Under the pieces are notes generated by a model, which was given only the letters and a program-made list of their open reading frames with translations, did no database searches and was not told where the DNA came from. A stretch of DNA of 64,000 bases. It comes from Candidatus Binatia bacterium. Lineage in GTDB: Bacteria; Desulfobacterota; Binatia; Bin18. Shown here piece by piece: positions 33,911-43,227 of the stretch. The position numbers were made by a program, and so were the translations under genes. The stretch is taken from assembly GCA_963664395.2 (NCBI GenBank), contig OY761159.2, positions 4,256,001 through 4,320,000 of the forward strand. The letters run 5' to 3'. The number at the start of each line of letters is the position of its first letter. Positions within the stretch are counted from its first letter, which is position 1.

Positions 33911-35539
33911 ATGCACGGTAAACGCGGGCTCATATCCGTAGTCTGTCGCGTCCTCGGCGGGCTGTTACTCCTGGCGATCTCGGCCAATGTTTCGCCCTGT
34001 TACGGCTATTTCATGGACAAACAGGTTGATAAGGTCGTGAATACATGGTCACGCTTTGATCGCTTTCTGTCTACCTTTGATCCGGCGGGCCGGTACGTCC
34101 GACAGCCCGTAGAACGTCAGATCCCGGCCCTGACGTTTCGGGGGTTTCTCCGCCAATGGTCTGACGTCCAACTCTCAGGCGACCGCCGTGTCGGCAATCG
34201 GCGAAAAGACTTCCGTTTTTCCCAGATGCAGAATTTGCTGGAATTGGAACTCCACTACCAAGTCTCACCCAATATCGAAATAACCAATATCAATAACTTC
34301 ATATACGACGGTGTGTACAACTGGCAGGATTCTGCCGGTCTGTTTGCCTCCCGGACGAGCGAAACTTTCCGCGCCTATCATAACTTTGAACGCATCGTGC
34401 GCGAGCTGTATGTCAGCTATCGCACCCACAACCTGGATGTGGTTTTGGGCAAGCAGCAGATTGCCTGGGGTAAAATGGACGGCCAGTTCATTGATGTCAT
34501 CAACGGCATGGACAGGCGTGAGTCCGTCCAGCTTGAGTCGAGTGACTACGAGTGGCGCCGGCTGCCGGTCTGGATGGCGAATACGACCTATTTCTTTGGG
34601 GCAAACTCTCTCAACTTCCTGTGGATTCCGAACTTTGAGCAAGACCGCAATCCGGTCCCCGGCTCACCGTGGTATTCGCCCCTGGCTCCGCCCAGGGATA
34701 CGGAGACGAAAGCGCTCCTGGACGGCCGCCAAGACGCGACCGGGGATCAGTTCAGGGAGACGAAGCGGCCGTCTGCGGGCGACTTCGGCGACCATCAATA
34801 CGGCCTGCGGCTTGATGTTTCCATGGAACCGCTCACCTGGGGTCTCATTTATTATTACGCCTGGAATAAAAACCCGACGTCCTTCATTGTCGACCGCGAT
34901 ATCGATGCTGCCGGGGACCCCCATCTGACCTTTCAGCCGCGTTTTACCCGCATGCATCATCTCGGCATCACTGCCGACTATGCTTCCGCGCTCTCGAATA
35001 TGCCGCTTGTCGGCGAACTGCCCATGGTGCTGCGGGTTGAGGGTTTGTGGACCAAAGACGTTCCCTTCGCCGACTTTGACCATCAGCAGGCGGCGCGGGA
35101 CGGGAGTCTCAACTCGGGCATCATTCGGCGCGATACCCTGCGGGCCGCGATTGCGCTGGAGTTCGCCTTTCCCGGCAATACCTCTGCGATTATACAACCC
35201 TCACTCTTGTATACCTTTGACTGGCGTCGCAATCTCGGCGGGGGCTTTGGCGGAGGGATCGGAGATGAAATGAGCCTCCTGCCGGTCTTCTTTGTTGGGC
35301 GCCCGTTTCGCTTCACCCGTGACCGTTTGCGCCTGGAGTTGACCGTCGTTCCCGTTATCAGTCTGCCGCAGAAGAAATGGCAGGGCATCAAAACGAAATT
35401 TGTTTCGAGCTATCGCTTTTCCCAATTTGTTACCGGTCGCCTTATTTATACGGCGTTCAGTAGCGGTGATCGGACTGACCTGTACGGACAATATAACAAA
35501 TGGGACAATATCGGCTGGGAACTGAGTTACGAGTTCTAA
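33911..35539 (+). CDS. Outer-membrane beta-barrel protein, DUF1302-like
   Basis: Signal peptide, RELYV, LGKQQIAWGKMDG, C-terminal LSYEF; adjacent to DUF1329. Confidence 0.72.
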   Translation: MHGKRGLISVVCRVLGGLLLLAISANVSPCYGYFMDKQVDKVVNTWSRFDRFLSTFDPAGRYVRQPVERQIPALTFRGFLRQWSDVQLSGDRRVGNRRKDFRFSQMQNLLELELHYQVSPNIEITNINNFIYDGVYNWQDSAGLFASRTSETFRAYHNFERIVRELYVSYRTHNLDVVLGKQQIAWGKMDGQFIDVINGMDRRESVQLESSDYEWRRLPVWMANTTYFFGANSLNFLWIPNFEQDRNPVPGSPWYSPLAPPRDTETKALLDGRQDATGDQFRETKRPSAGDFGDHQYGLRLDVSMEPLTWGLIYYYAWNKNPTSFIVDRDIDAAGDPHLTFQPRFTRMHHLGITADYASALSNMPLVGELPMVLRVEGLWTKDVPFADFDHQQAARDGSLNSGIIRRDTLRAAIALEFAFPGNTSAIIQPSLLYTFDWRRNLGGGFGGGIGDEMSLLPVFFVGRPFRFTRDRLRLELTVVPVISLPQKKWQGIKTKFVSSYRFSQFVTGRLIYTAFSSGDRTDLYGQYNKWDNIGWELSYEF

Positions 35540-35578
35540 CCGACCTGCGTGAAAGAGCTCTCACCGGACGATCATCTT

Positions 35579-36937
35579 ATGCATAGACGCTTTTTTTTCC
35601 TGACGGTATGGGTCTTTTCTTTTCTCTCCAGCCTGGCGATAGCGATTGCTGGGGCTGCTGAGCAGAACGGCAGCCACCGGCAGACCTGGAAAACGGTAGC
35701 GGAGCTGTCCGAGGCGGAAAAGTCGCGTCTTGATTTCCGGGTCGATACCCCCCGAGATACGACGGTTCCATACCTCCCGGCCGAAGCCTATCCCTTTCAG
35801 CCGCCTTATACCGCGGAAGAGATGGGCTATCGGGCCATGGAATTCCCGCACATCGCCCGCTGGTCGCATGCTATGGCCGATGTGTTCGGCGCCATTACCG
35901 GCAACGGCTTTCTGGATGAAGGCATCACGCTGGGCTATAGCTATTATATCCCGGACGAAGATGGGGTGCCCGGTCAGCTCAGCATGACACCTGGGGAGGC
36001 CTATTTTCGGATGGTCTTCTTTTATACCTATCCGCCTGAGAATCAGGGCCTGCAGGACCTCTGGATCCTGAGACGGACAGACAAAGAGGAAACGACCAAA
36101 CTCGACAATTTTATCTATAGCCCAACATTGCGCCGCGTGCGTCGCCAGCCCCAACCCCGCCGTGATGCCCAATTCCCGAATAACGTCCAGACCTTTGACG
36201 ATGTGGTGGGGCGCGATGCCTGGGAGTTCTCCTGGCGGCTGCTTGGCACGGATGTGCTGCATGAGACCGTTCGTTTCCCAAATACCCGTCCGACAGTCAC
36301 CCTGGCCAAGCCCGACGGGAGTTTTAATGAGATCCCATCCGATCATATTAAAATGCTGGGCGACACGTATCCGCATTATACTGAAGACGGTGGAGTGGCC
36401 TGTTATGTGGTTGAGGCGACCAGACGAAAAGACTGGCTGCCCCACTATCGCATGGGCCGGCTCATCTATTGGCTCGATAAGCACAGTTTTTATCCGTTGC
36501 GAATTGAGCAGTATGACAATGACAACCAACTTCGGGTGATCGAGGTACGCAACGCCTATCTGGTCAATCCGGCACTGGAAGAACGTGGTTATGCCGGACT
36601 GTTCACCGTGTACTATGACATTGCTTTAGACCTGATGAGCTATAGCGCACATGATGCCCATTGGGTGAAGGAGTGGTCCCAAGAAGACCAGGATACGATG
36701 TTTGAGCCTGATTTTATGCGCCGCAATTGGCTCAAGTATCCGCTCAAATCCCAATCTCTGGTCTATTCTCCGGAAAAATTCTTTCTCCGCCCGCTCTTGT
36801 ATCCGGATAAATTCCCGCAGGACCGGAGCGTTGCCATCTCCGCAGAGCTGGAGCAGCGCTATCGTTTGCAGGAAGAAGCCGGACATCTAGTCTTCGACAT
36901 CTCCTCTCCGCTCATTGAGGTCAAAGCGCAACAGTAA
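35579..36937 (+). CDS. DUF1329-like (LolA-like) periplasmic protein, copy 1
   Basis: Signal peptide; YSPTLRRVRR motif; FDDVVGRD. Confidence 0.72.
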   Translation: MHRRFFFLTVWVFSFLSSLAIAIAGAAEQNGSHRQTWKTVAELSEAEKSRLDFRVDTPRDTTVPYLPAEAYPFQPPYTAEEMGYRAMEFPHIARWSHAMADVFGAITGNGFLDEGITLGYSYYIPDEDGVPGQLSMTPGEAYFRMVFFYTYPPENQGLQDLWILRRTDKEETTKLDNFIYSPTLRRVRRQPQPRRDAQFPNNVQTFDDVVGRDAWEFSWRLLGTDVLHETVRFPNTRPTVTLAKPDGSFNEIPSDHIKMLGDTYPHYTEDGGVACYVVEATRRKDWLPHYRMGRLIYWLDKHSFYPLRIEQYDNDNQLRVIEVRNAYLVNPALEERGYAGLFTVYYDIALDLMSYSAHDAHWVKEWSQEDQDTMFEPDFMRRNWLKYPLKSQSLVYSPEKFFLRPLLYPDKFPQDRSVAISAELEQRYRLQEEAGHLVFDISSPLIEVKAQQ

Positions 36938-36938
36938 G

Positions 36939-38282
36939 ATGGCTCTTCACGCGCAACAGCTCTTGTGGCTGCTTGTCTGCTGCCTGCTGTGTTCCGGCAG
37001 TCTGGGGGCCGCGACCGTGGCGGCAGACCAAGACGGTCTGACGCCGCAGAAAACCTGGACAACGGCTGCCGAGCTCACGGCCGAAGAAAAAGGAGTGCTG
37101 GATTTCCGTACGGACACGCCGCGAGATGCCAGCGTGCCCTATCTGCCGGCCGAGTCCTTCCCGTTTCAGCCGCCCTATACGGCGGAAGAAATGGCGCTGC
37201 GAGCCATGGAGTTCCCCCACTCGCCGTTCTGGGACTGCATCCTGATCGACATGGCGTTCTCGGTGACGAATTCAGGATTTATGGACCAACGCGTGACGCT
37301 TATTCCCATTCTGTATTTTCCTGAGAACGGCTTTGGAGAACATCTGTACGCGGCGCAGCCCGGCCAGGAAATCTATCGCTGGCTCTCCCAAAGCGTCTCT
37401 CCACCCGAACGGTACGGGAATCAGACCTTATGGATAGGCTATCGGACAGATAAGACCTTCCGGACGAAAATAGACATGTTCGCCTATTCTCCATCGCTGC
37501 GGCGAATCCGTCGTCAGCCGCAACCGCGGCGGGAAGACCGTTTACCAAACAGTGCCGCAACCTTCGATAATCTGATCGGACGCGATGCCTGGGAGTTCTC
37601 GTGGCGCATTCTCGGGACGGATGTTTTGCATCAGACGGTGCGTTTCCCCAAGACGCGCCAAACCGCGGTGCTGACCGACGAGAAAGGGCAGTACGTTGAA
37701 GTTGACGCCAAAGATCTCTCCCTCATGGGCAAAGAATACCCGCTCTATACCGCCGATGGTGGAGTCAAATGCTATGTGCTCGAAGCCATACCAAAATCCG
37801 ACTGGCTGCGTGACTACTATGCCCATAGGCTTATTTACTGGGTTGACCAATATGCGTTCTTTCCCTTGCGGATGGAAGAATATGACCGACAGGAGAATCT
37901 GAGTTTTGTGAACACCCGGATTGCGAGCCTTGCCAACCCGGCTCTTCAGGAACACGGCTACGCGGTTCAGTTTGACCTGTGGTGGGACGTGTCTATTGAC
38001 TTCCTGTCCGCCTCGACCCACGGTTTTGTCCCCCAGACCTGGTCAGCGGCAGACAAAAAGATATTCTTCAGCTCCGGATTCATGCGCCGCGAGTGGTTCC
38101 TTGTGCCGCCCAAGGGCCTGATGAGTCTCAACTCGCCGGACGAATTCTACCTGCGGCCCCCGCTCGAAGAGGGGAAATTCCCGGACTCGCGCTCTATCAG
38201 TTTGTCCCCTGGTCTACGGGCTCTGATTGAGGCCCAAGAGCGCGAGGGTAAGCTGGTGTTTGAGGAGGGAAGGGACGGCTAA
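36939..38282 (+). CDS. DUF1329-like periplasmic protein, copy 2
   Basis: Paralog of copy 1 (TPRD..VPYLPAE..PFQPPYTAEEM; YSPSLRRIRRQPQPRRED). Confidence 0.72.
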   Translation: MALHAQQLLWLLVCCLLCSGSLGAATVAADQDGLTPQKTWTTAAELTAEEKGVLDFRTDTPRDASVPYLPAESFPFQPPYTAEEMALRAMEFPHSPFWDCILIDMAFSVTNSGFMDQRVTLIPILYFPENGFGEHLYAAQPGQEIYRWLSQSVSPPERYGNQTLWIGYRTDKTFRTKIDMFAYSPSLRRIRRQPQPRREDRLPNSAATFDNLIGRDAWEFSWRILGTDVLHQTVRFPKTRQTAVLTDEKGQYVEVDAKDLSLMGKEYPLYTADGGVKCYVLEAIPKSDWLRDYYAHRLIYWVDQYAFFPLRMEEYDRQENLSFVNTRIASLANPALQEHGYAVQFDLWWDVSIDFLSASTHGFVPQTWSAADKKIFFSSGFMRREWFLVPPKGLMSLNSPDEFYLRPPLEEGKFPDSRSISLSPGLRALIEAQEREGKLVFEEGRDG

Positions 38283-38340
38283 GCGCGTCAGTACAGAGGG
38301 TACCACGGGCGGTTGCGGTTGCCGGTCCCCTCTGCGCGTC

Positions 38341-39456
38341 TTACTCCGTCGTGTGTGTATCTTGCCAGGCGCGGCCCATCGAGTCCGCGGCCAGAATGGC
38401 GTCGGCAACCATGTCAGGCTGCACGGCAAACGGTTCGTTATGGATGGTTTCTCCTTCCGCGGTCGCCCGCGTGGCCACTTGTTCAAGCAGGTCTTCCGGG
38501 AATTCGCTGAGCCCGATCTCGGCCAGGGTGATAGGCAGGCCGACCGCTGATGAAAACTCCAGAACCGGATCGATAACCGAGCGTGGCTGACCTTCGAGCA
38601 CTAATTGAGCCATCAGGCCGTAGGCGACTTTTTCCCCATGATAGTACGGATGGGTGAGCGGGGCTGCGGTGAGGCCATTATGGATGGCATGGGCTGCGGC
38701 AAGCCCTGAGGACTCGAAGCCCAGACCCGACAGCAGGGTGTTGGCTTCGACAAGCCGCTCCAGGGCTGGATTGACAACGTGACGTTCCACGGCCCGTTTC
38801 GCATCCGGACCGTCTTCAACCAGGATGTTGTAGCACAGCTCCGCCAGCTTTTCGGCGCTGCGCGTTGAGGCTCCCCCACGCATATTCTGGACATGACCGG
38901 CAACACAGGTTTTGGCCTCGAACCACGTGGCCAGCGCATCTCCCATCCCTGCCACCAGCAGCCTGGCCGGAGCTTGGGCGACAACATAGGTGTCCACCAC
39001 AACCAAATCCGGGTTCTTCCGATAAAAGCGATATTCCTGGAATACCCCTTCGGGAGTATAAATCACCGACAGCGCGCTGCACGGCGCATCACTTGAGGCA
39101 ATGCTTGGACAGTTGACGACAGGCAGATCAAGGTCGTCGGCGGCGGCCCGGGCCGCATCCAATACCTTCCCGCCGCCCGCTCCGATAATGACCTGAGCCT
39201 TATTCGCCCGCGCCGTTTCTTTGATACGTTCGATTTCAGGGTAGGAGCACTCCCCCCCGAACTGATGGACGACGTGGGTGATGCCGGCATCGTTCAAATG
39301 TTTCTGCCAGACTTCCGAGAGCAGCCGAATGGCACTTTTCCCGGCAACAATACAGGCCGGTCCCTGCAAGCCAATACGCTGCATTTCCGTTCCTAAGGCG
39401 GCAGTGGCGTGCTTCCCTTGTACGTAGTGGCTGGGGGCTGAAAAAACCGAGAGCAT
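38341..39456 (-). CDS. gldA: Glycerol dehydrogenase (GldA-family NAD-dependent diol dehydrogenase)
   Basis: GGECS, GGGKVLD, ASSDAPCSALSVIY, GDALATWFE, HAIHNG, HGEKVA. Confidence 0.9.
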   Translation of the reverse strand: MLSVFSAPSHYVQGKHATAALGTEMQRIGLQGPACIVAGKSAIRLLSEVWQKHLNDAGITHVVHQFGGECSYPEIERIKETARANKAQVIIGAGGGKVLDAARAAADDLDLPVVNCPSIASSDAPCSALSVIYTPEGVFQEYRFYRKNPDLVVVDTYVVAQAPARLLVAGMGDALATWFEAKTCVAGHVQNMRGGASTRSAEKLAELCYNILVEDGPDAKRAVERHVVNPALERLVEANTLLSGLGFESSGLAAAHAIHNGLTAAPLTHPYYHGEKVAYGLMAQLVLEGQPRSVIDPVLEFSSAVGLPITLAEIGLSEFPEDLLEQVATRATAEGETIHNEPFAVQPDMVADAILAADSMGRAWQDTHTTE

Positions 39457-39582
39457 ATGTCCCTCCTTACCGATTGCTATTCCCTCAGATAGAGCAGGCA
39501 GTATAAACTGAGACGGGTTGACGCGGCAAGCAGGAGAGGGCCATTGGGACAAGAGGAGAGACGTTACTGTCGCCCCATATTG

Positions 39583-40437
39583 ATGAGCAGGATTCAGTAT
39601 CGGGTGCTCTGTCTCGTTGTCTTCGCCCTCTGGGGGGCTGGATGTTCTGAATTGCCGGGCGAACCACTCAAGTTAGGTCGGCATACGTATAGTAACGACC
39701 CCAGCGCCGAGCCGTGTCCGCTCGGTGAACGGAGCGGCCAGGGTGGTATGAGCAACGATGAGCGGACCGAACACGGGATTACGTATGCGGTTCGGACGCC
39801 GGCCAACTACAATCCAAAGATTCTTCACCCGCTCCTCATGGTCTATGCCCCAGCAGGCTCAAGTCGGTTTCACTCCGAGCGTCTGACCAATCTGACTTTC
39901 ACGGCAACGACGGCCGGCTTTGTCGTTGCCTACGCTGACTCCCTGCGTCTTTCACTCGAAGCCATTCCTGAACTCGGTACGATTCCACGGCTCATCGCCA
40001 AAAAATGGTGTGTTGATGAGCGGCGTGTCTATCTGACCGGCCATTCTGACGGTGGAACAGTTGCCTTGGCCCTGGCCCTTTTAGACGAGACACGCCACAT
40101 TCCCGCTGCGGTGGCTCCGAGTGCCGCCGGGTTCAGGCAGGCCGACCTCGAAACATTCTCGTGTCCCGAAGCCTTGCCTGCGCTGATTATGCACAGTGCG
40201 GATGACCATCTTTTCCCCGGCTACGGGGCTGATACGGCTGCTTGGCTGGCTTCGTGTAACGAGTGCCAGCCCCGTTCTATTGACAAGGACGAAAACGGTT
40301 GTATGGCCTACTCAGGCTGCACGGCGGCGAACAGAAAGACCATATACTGCGAAGGAACTGGTGCGCATAGGCATTGGCCCGCGCTCAATACGGCTCTCCT
40401 CTCGTTCTTCGTTGATATCGATAGCACCCTTCACTAA
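39583..40437 (+). CDS. Lipoprotein alpha/beta-hydrolase (PHB depolymerase/LpqC-like esterase)
   Basis: Lipobox-like GAG|C; TGHSDGG nucleophile elbow; HSADD; GAHRHWP. Confidence 0.78.
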   Translation: MSRIQYRVLCLVVFALWGAGCSELPGEPLKLGRHTYSNDPSAEPCPLGERSGQGGMSNDERTEHGITYAVRTPANYNPKILHPLLMVYAPAGSSRFHSERLTNLTFTATTAGFVVAYADSLRLSLEAIPELGTIPRLIAKKWCVDERRVYLTGHSDGGTVALALALLDETRHIPAAVAPSAAGFRQADLETFSCPEALPALIMHSADDHLFPGYGADTAAWLASCNECQPRSIDKDENGCMAYSGCTAANRKTIYCEGTGAHRHWPALNTALLSFFVDIDSTLH

Positions 40438-40457
40438 ATAGGGCTCGCGCCCTGGAG

Positions 40458-40486
40458 TTGTCTCCGCTCCCTCAGCCTGCTATCTC
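40458..40486 (+). promoter_or_regulatory. Possible sigma70 promoter for the CuMMO operon
   Basis: TTGTCT-17 nt-TATCTC with TG extended -10. Confidence 0.3.
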
Positions 40487-40528
40487 AGTACCGTTGGTAA
40501 ATGACTGAAATTTCGTAAGAATTGACTG

Positions 40529-41101
40529 ATGCGACGAGCCTGCCGAATCTTCCTTCTCATATCCGCAGTGGCGACGCTCTGCCTGGCTCTTCCTGTGTCA
40601 TCCTGGGCGCACCGGGATAGAGGGCCGGGAGACCTGTGCCGCCGAGAGGTCGGTGCTTCACTCTTGCATATTACGTTCTATCAGACCCAATTTGACCCGG
40701 TCACAGAATATTGTGAAGAAATTCCGCGGGTGGGCAATGCTTTCCTGGTCGTGGACGTGACTCCGGATCTATGGGAAATGCCGTTCGGCGTCCAACTCGT
40801 TGCCTCAGATGAATCTGGACAGTCGAGTACGATACTGTCGCTGCCTTCACAAGTGTATGAACGTGGCGTGGCCAACGCTGAAGTCTTTGTGAAGGCCGGC
40901 ATGAGCTATGAAGTGCGTGTCGCGCTTGGACTTGAAGGTGAACCAGAACCGCGTAAATTTTTATTTCCCTTTCAGGTTGCAGCATGGTACAAGGCTATGG
41001 TCGGGCCAGCGCTGATTGTGATCGGAGTCGTTATCGTCATTGCGATATCGGTAATCCGTTATCAGATCACCTCTCGGAGCAGAGAAGCGCTGGTGGAATA
41101 A
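40529..41101 (+). CDS. PmoD/AmoD-like periplasmic copper protein, copy 1
   Basis: SSWA|H signal cleavage; C-x9-H-ITFYQ...EYCEEIP..G pattern; C-terminal TM helix. Confidence 0.78.
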   Translation: MRRACRIFLLISAVATLCLALPVSSWAHRDRGPGDLCRREVGASLLHITFYQTQFDPVTEYCEEIPRVGNAFLVVDVTPDLWEMPFGVQLVASDESGQSSTILSLPSQVYERGVANAEVFVKAGMSYEVRVALGLEGEPEPRKFLFPFQVAAWYKAMVGPALIVIGVVIVIAISVIRYQITSRSREALVE

Positions 41102-41151
41102 AGAGAGAGAGTGTAAAGTAACGTCGTTATTACTATTGAGGAGGGATACGC

Positions 41152-42000
41152 ATGGCTCAGGCGCAAGCAGTACAAAACGTACCGAAAGGTTCTGGCGATG
41201 GTTCTCTGACAAGTGGCAGCTCAGTCAACCCGACTGATTGGTCAGTCGGGTGGCATCCTCTATTCTGGGGGTGTGGGCTTATTATGCTTGCCAACGTCTT
41301 TTTCTGGTGTTGGAACTATGCCTTTATGTTCACGGCCGGACTGAACTCAGCGAGTGCTGAATTCACGCTGTATTACCGGACGCTGTTCTGGGGCGAACTA
41401 ATTGTCTTAGGCGTGTTTAGTGGCGTGTGGTTTGGCTGGCTCATGCGGAATGGCCGGGCCGTTGAGGGACAAGAATGCTCACCCGCCGAGGAGACGCGTC
41501 GCATCGCGATTTTGTGGAGCCTGATTGGCGCGACGAGTCTGGCAATCTATATGGAAGCCAGCTTCTGGCCGAACTGGGACGGCTCGTGGCACCAGACCAT
41601 GGTGCGTGACACCGCGCTCACACCGACCCACATCCCGATGTTCTACTTTTTCTTCCCGCTCTCCGTCGTGTTAGCAGTTGGCACCTACGTCTACGGGCGA
41701 TTCCACATTCCGGCGCTGTACGGCAAGGATAAAGGCTTTCCCTGGTCGTTCTTTTTGCTGATCAGTGCCTGTGTGCTCGAATGCATGGCCGTTGCCGCCA
41801 ATGAGTGGGGCCATAGCCTGTGGATCTCCGAAGAGATTTTCTCCGTTCCGTTTCACTGGCCGTTTGTGATTTATGGCTGGCTTGCCGCCGGCATGTTTGC
41901 GGTGTGGGGTGAAACCCTGGTGCGCATGTTCGAGGTCGAGAAGGCCGAAGAGGCTGCTCATCCGGAATCTTCACTCGAGTCGCCGCTAGCTGCTGATTAA
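41152..42000 (+). CDS. xmoC: Copper membrane monooxygenase subunit C (PmoC/AmoC homolog)
   Basis: ASFWPNWDGSWHQTMVRDTALTPTH and NEWGHSLWISEEIFSVPFHW match the PmoC CuC/CuD motifs. Confidence 0.95.
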   Translation: MAQAQAVQNVPKGSGDGSLTSGSSVNPTDWSVGWHPLFWGCGLIMLANVFFWCWNYAFMFTAGLNSASAEFTLYYRTLFWGELIVLGVFSGVWFGWLMRNGRAVEGQECSPAEETRRIAILWSLIGATSLAIYMEASFWPNWDGSWHQTMVRDTALTPTHIPMFYFFFPLSVVLAVGTYVYGRFHIPALYGKDKGFPWSFFLLISACVLECMAVAANEWGHSLWISEEIFSVPFHWPFVIYGWLAAGMFAVWGETLVRMFEVEKAEEAAHPESSLESPLAAD

Positions 42001-42062
42001 TAATCGGCTCAGGTTTGGCTCGATAAACGTATCGACAATCCTCGTGCAGAGAGGAAGTGCGC

Positions 42063-42866
42063 ATGGCGGCAGACACCACAACCGTAACGGACATCACCGG
42101 TGCAGCCGAACGGCAACGTCGGCTCGAACTCAAGGAGCTGCTGAACAAGAAATACAAGTGGCTTGGTTGGAAGTGGGATCTTGTCTTCTGGACGACGGCT
42201 ATTTTCGTAGTTGCCGGTGCCGCTGACATCACCAAGCAGCTGTTTGCCGGTGACTGGGATCACTGGACGGATTGGAAAGATCAGCAGTGGTGGCCGGTGA
42301 TCACGGCTTTTGCCACGATTATCATTCCGTCGGCGCTCCAGTACATTCAGTGGGCAGCTTGGCGATTCCCGACTGGCGCGACCTACACCGCCTGCTGTCT
42401 CTTTCTGGCTGCCTGGGCCGGGCGTTATTTCCAGTGGGACTTGGCGGCCAACTATCCGCTGAATTTCGTGTGGCCGGCCTCCGTCGTCTGCGCTGGAATC
42501 CTGATGGACTGGACCTTAATGAAGACCAAGAGTTTTATCCTCACCTCGTTAATCGGTGCCCATGTCTGGGCGATCGCGGTGTGGGCCTATAATTACGTCC
42601 CCTTAGCCGCCTTTCTCCAGCCGGCCTATTTCATGGACCATGTGGTGACGGTTGCCGACGTCCAGGGCATTGCCTATATCCGCTCCCAGACGCCGGAATA
42701 CCTCCGGCTTATTGAGCGGGGTGCGTTGCGGAGTTTCCTGGGCGAGACGCAATACGTTTCCCTGGCCTTTGGGGGAACGGCGGCCTTTGTTGGCTACTGG
42801 ATCGGTCAGTTTATTGGCCGTTATCTGGCGGTATGGCCTATTCGGCGTTATCTGAAGATCGTGTGA
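42063..42866 (+). CDS. xmoA: Copper membrane monooxygenase subunit A (PmoA/AmoA homolog), divergent
   Basis: GDWDHWTDWKDQQWWP, RFPTGAT, YPLNFVWP, ADVQG..YIRSQTPEYLRLIERGALRSF. Confidence 0.95.
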   Translation: MAADTTTVTDITGAAERQRRLELKELLNKKYKWLGWKWDLVFWTTAIFVVAGAADITKQLFAGDWDHWTDWKDQQWWPVITAFATIIIPSALQYIQWAAWRFPTGATYTACCLFLAAWAGRYFQWDLAANYPLNFVWPASVVCAGILMDWTLMKTKSFILTSLIGAHVWAIAVWAYNYVPLAAFLQPAYFMDHVVTVADVQGIAYIRSQTPEYLRLIERGALRSFLGETQYVSLAFGGTAAFVGYWIGQFIGRYLAVWPIRRYLKIV

Positions 42867-42867
42867 G

Positions 42868-43227
42868 ATGAATATTATGTGCGGCATGTCTTTCAAACGT
42901 CAGCAATCTGCCCGGTATGTCAGCGTCTTCTCTTTCTTCATCGCGCTGCTTGCCGGTGTGTCTCTCTATCCTTCCCTCGCGCATGCCCACGGTATGAACG
43001 CCGCTGAAATGGCCCCGCCTATTATTACCGCGGGCATACTGGCGTTCGTCTGCTACTGGCTCGTGGTTTTGTGGCCGGCATCGAAAGGTGCCGAAACCGG
43101 CCTGCAGTGGCCGCCGGAAACGGACCGGGCTATTCGCATCAAACGCAAGCCTCGCTTACGGGTCATAGAAACGAAGCCTCAGCTCCCGGACGAACAGCCT
43201 GAGAGCAGGCAGGTGGCCGATGGCTAA
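42868..43227 (+). CDS. Small membrane protein inserted between xmoA and xmoB (start uncertain)
   Basis: Hydrophobic leader ending AHA|HGM, second TM helix, basic tail; stop overlaps xmoB start by 8 nt. Confidence 0.65.
   Translation: MNIMCGMSFKRQQSARYVSVFSFFIALLAGVSLYPSLAHAHGMNAAEMAPPIITAGILAFVCYWLVVLWPASKGAETGLQWPPETDRAIRIKRKPRLRVIETKPQLPDEQPESRQVADG

Noticed and set aside
41118-41130. Short inverted repeat TAACG-T-CGTTA before xmoC
   Set aside because: Too short to distinguish from chance, and no second copy seen in the locus.
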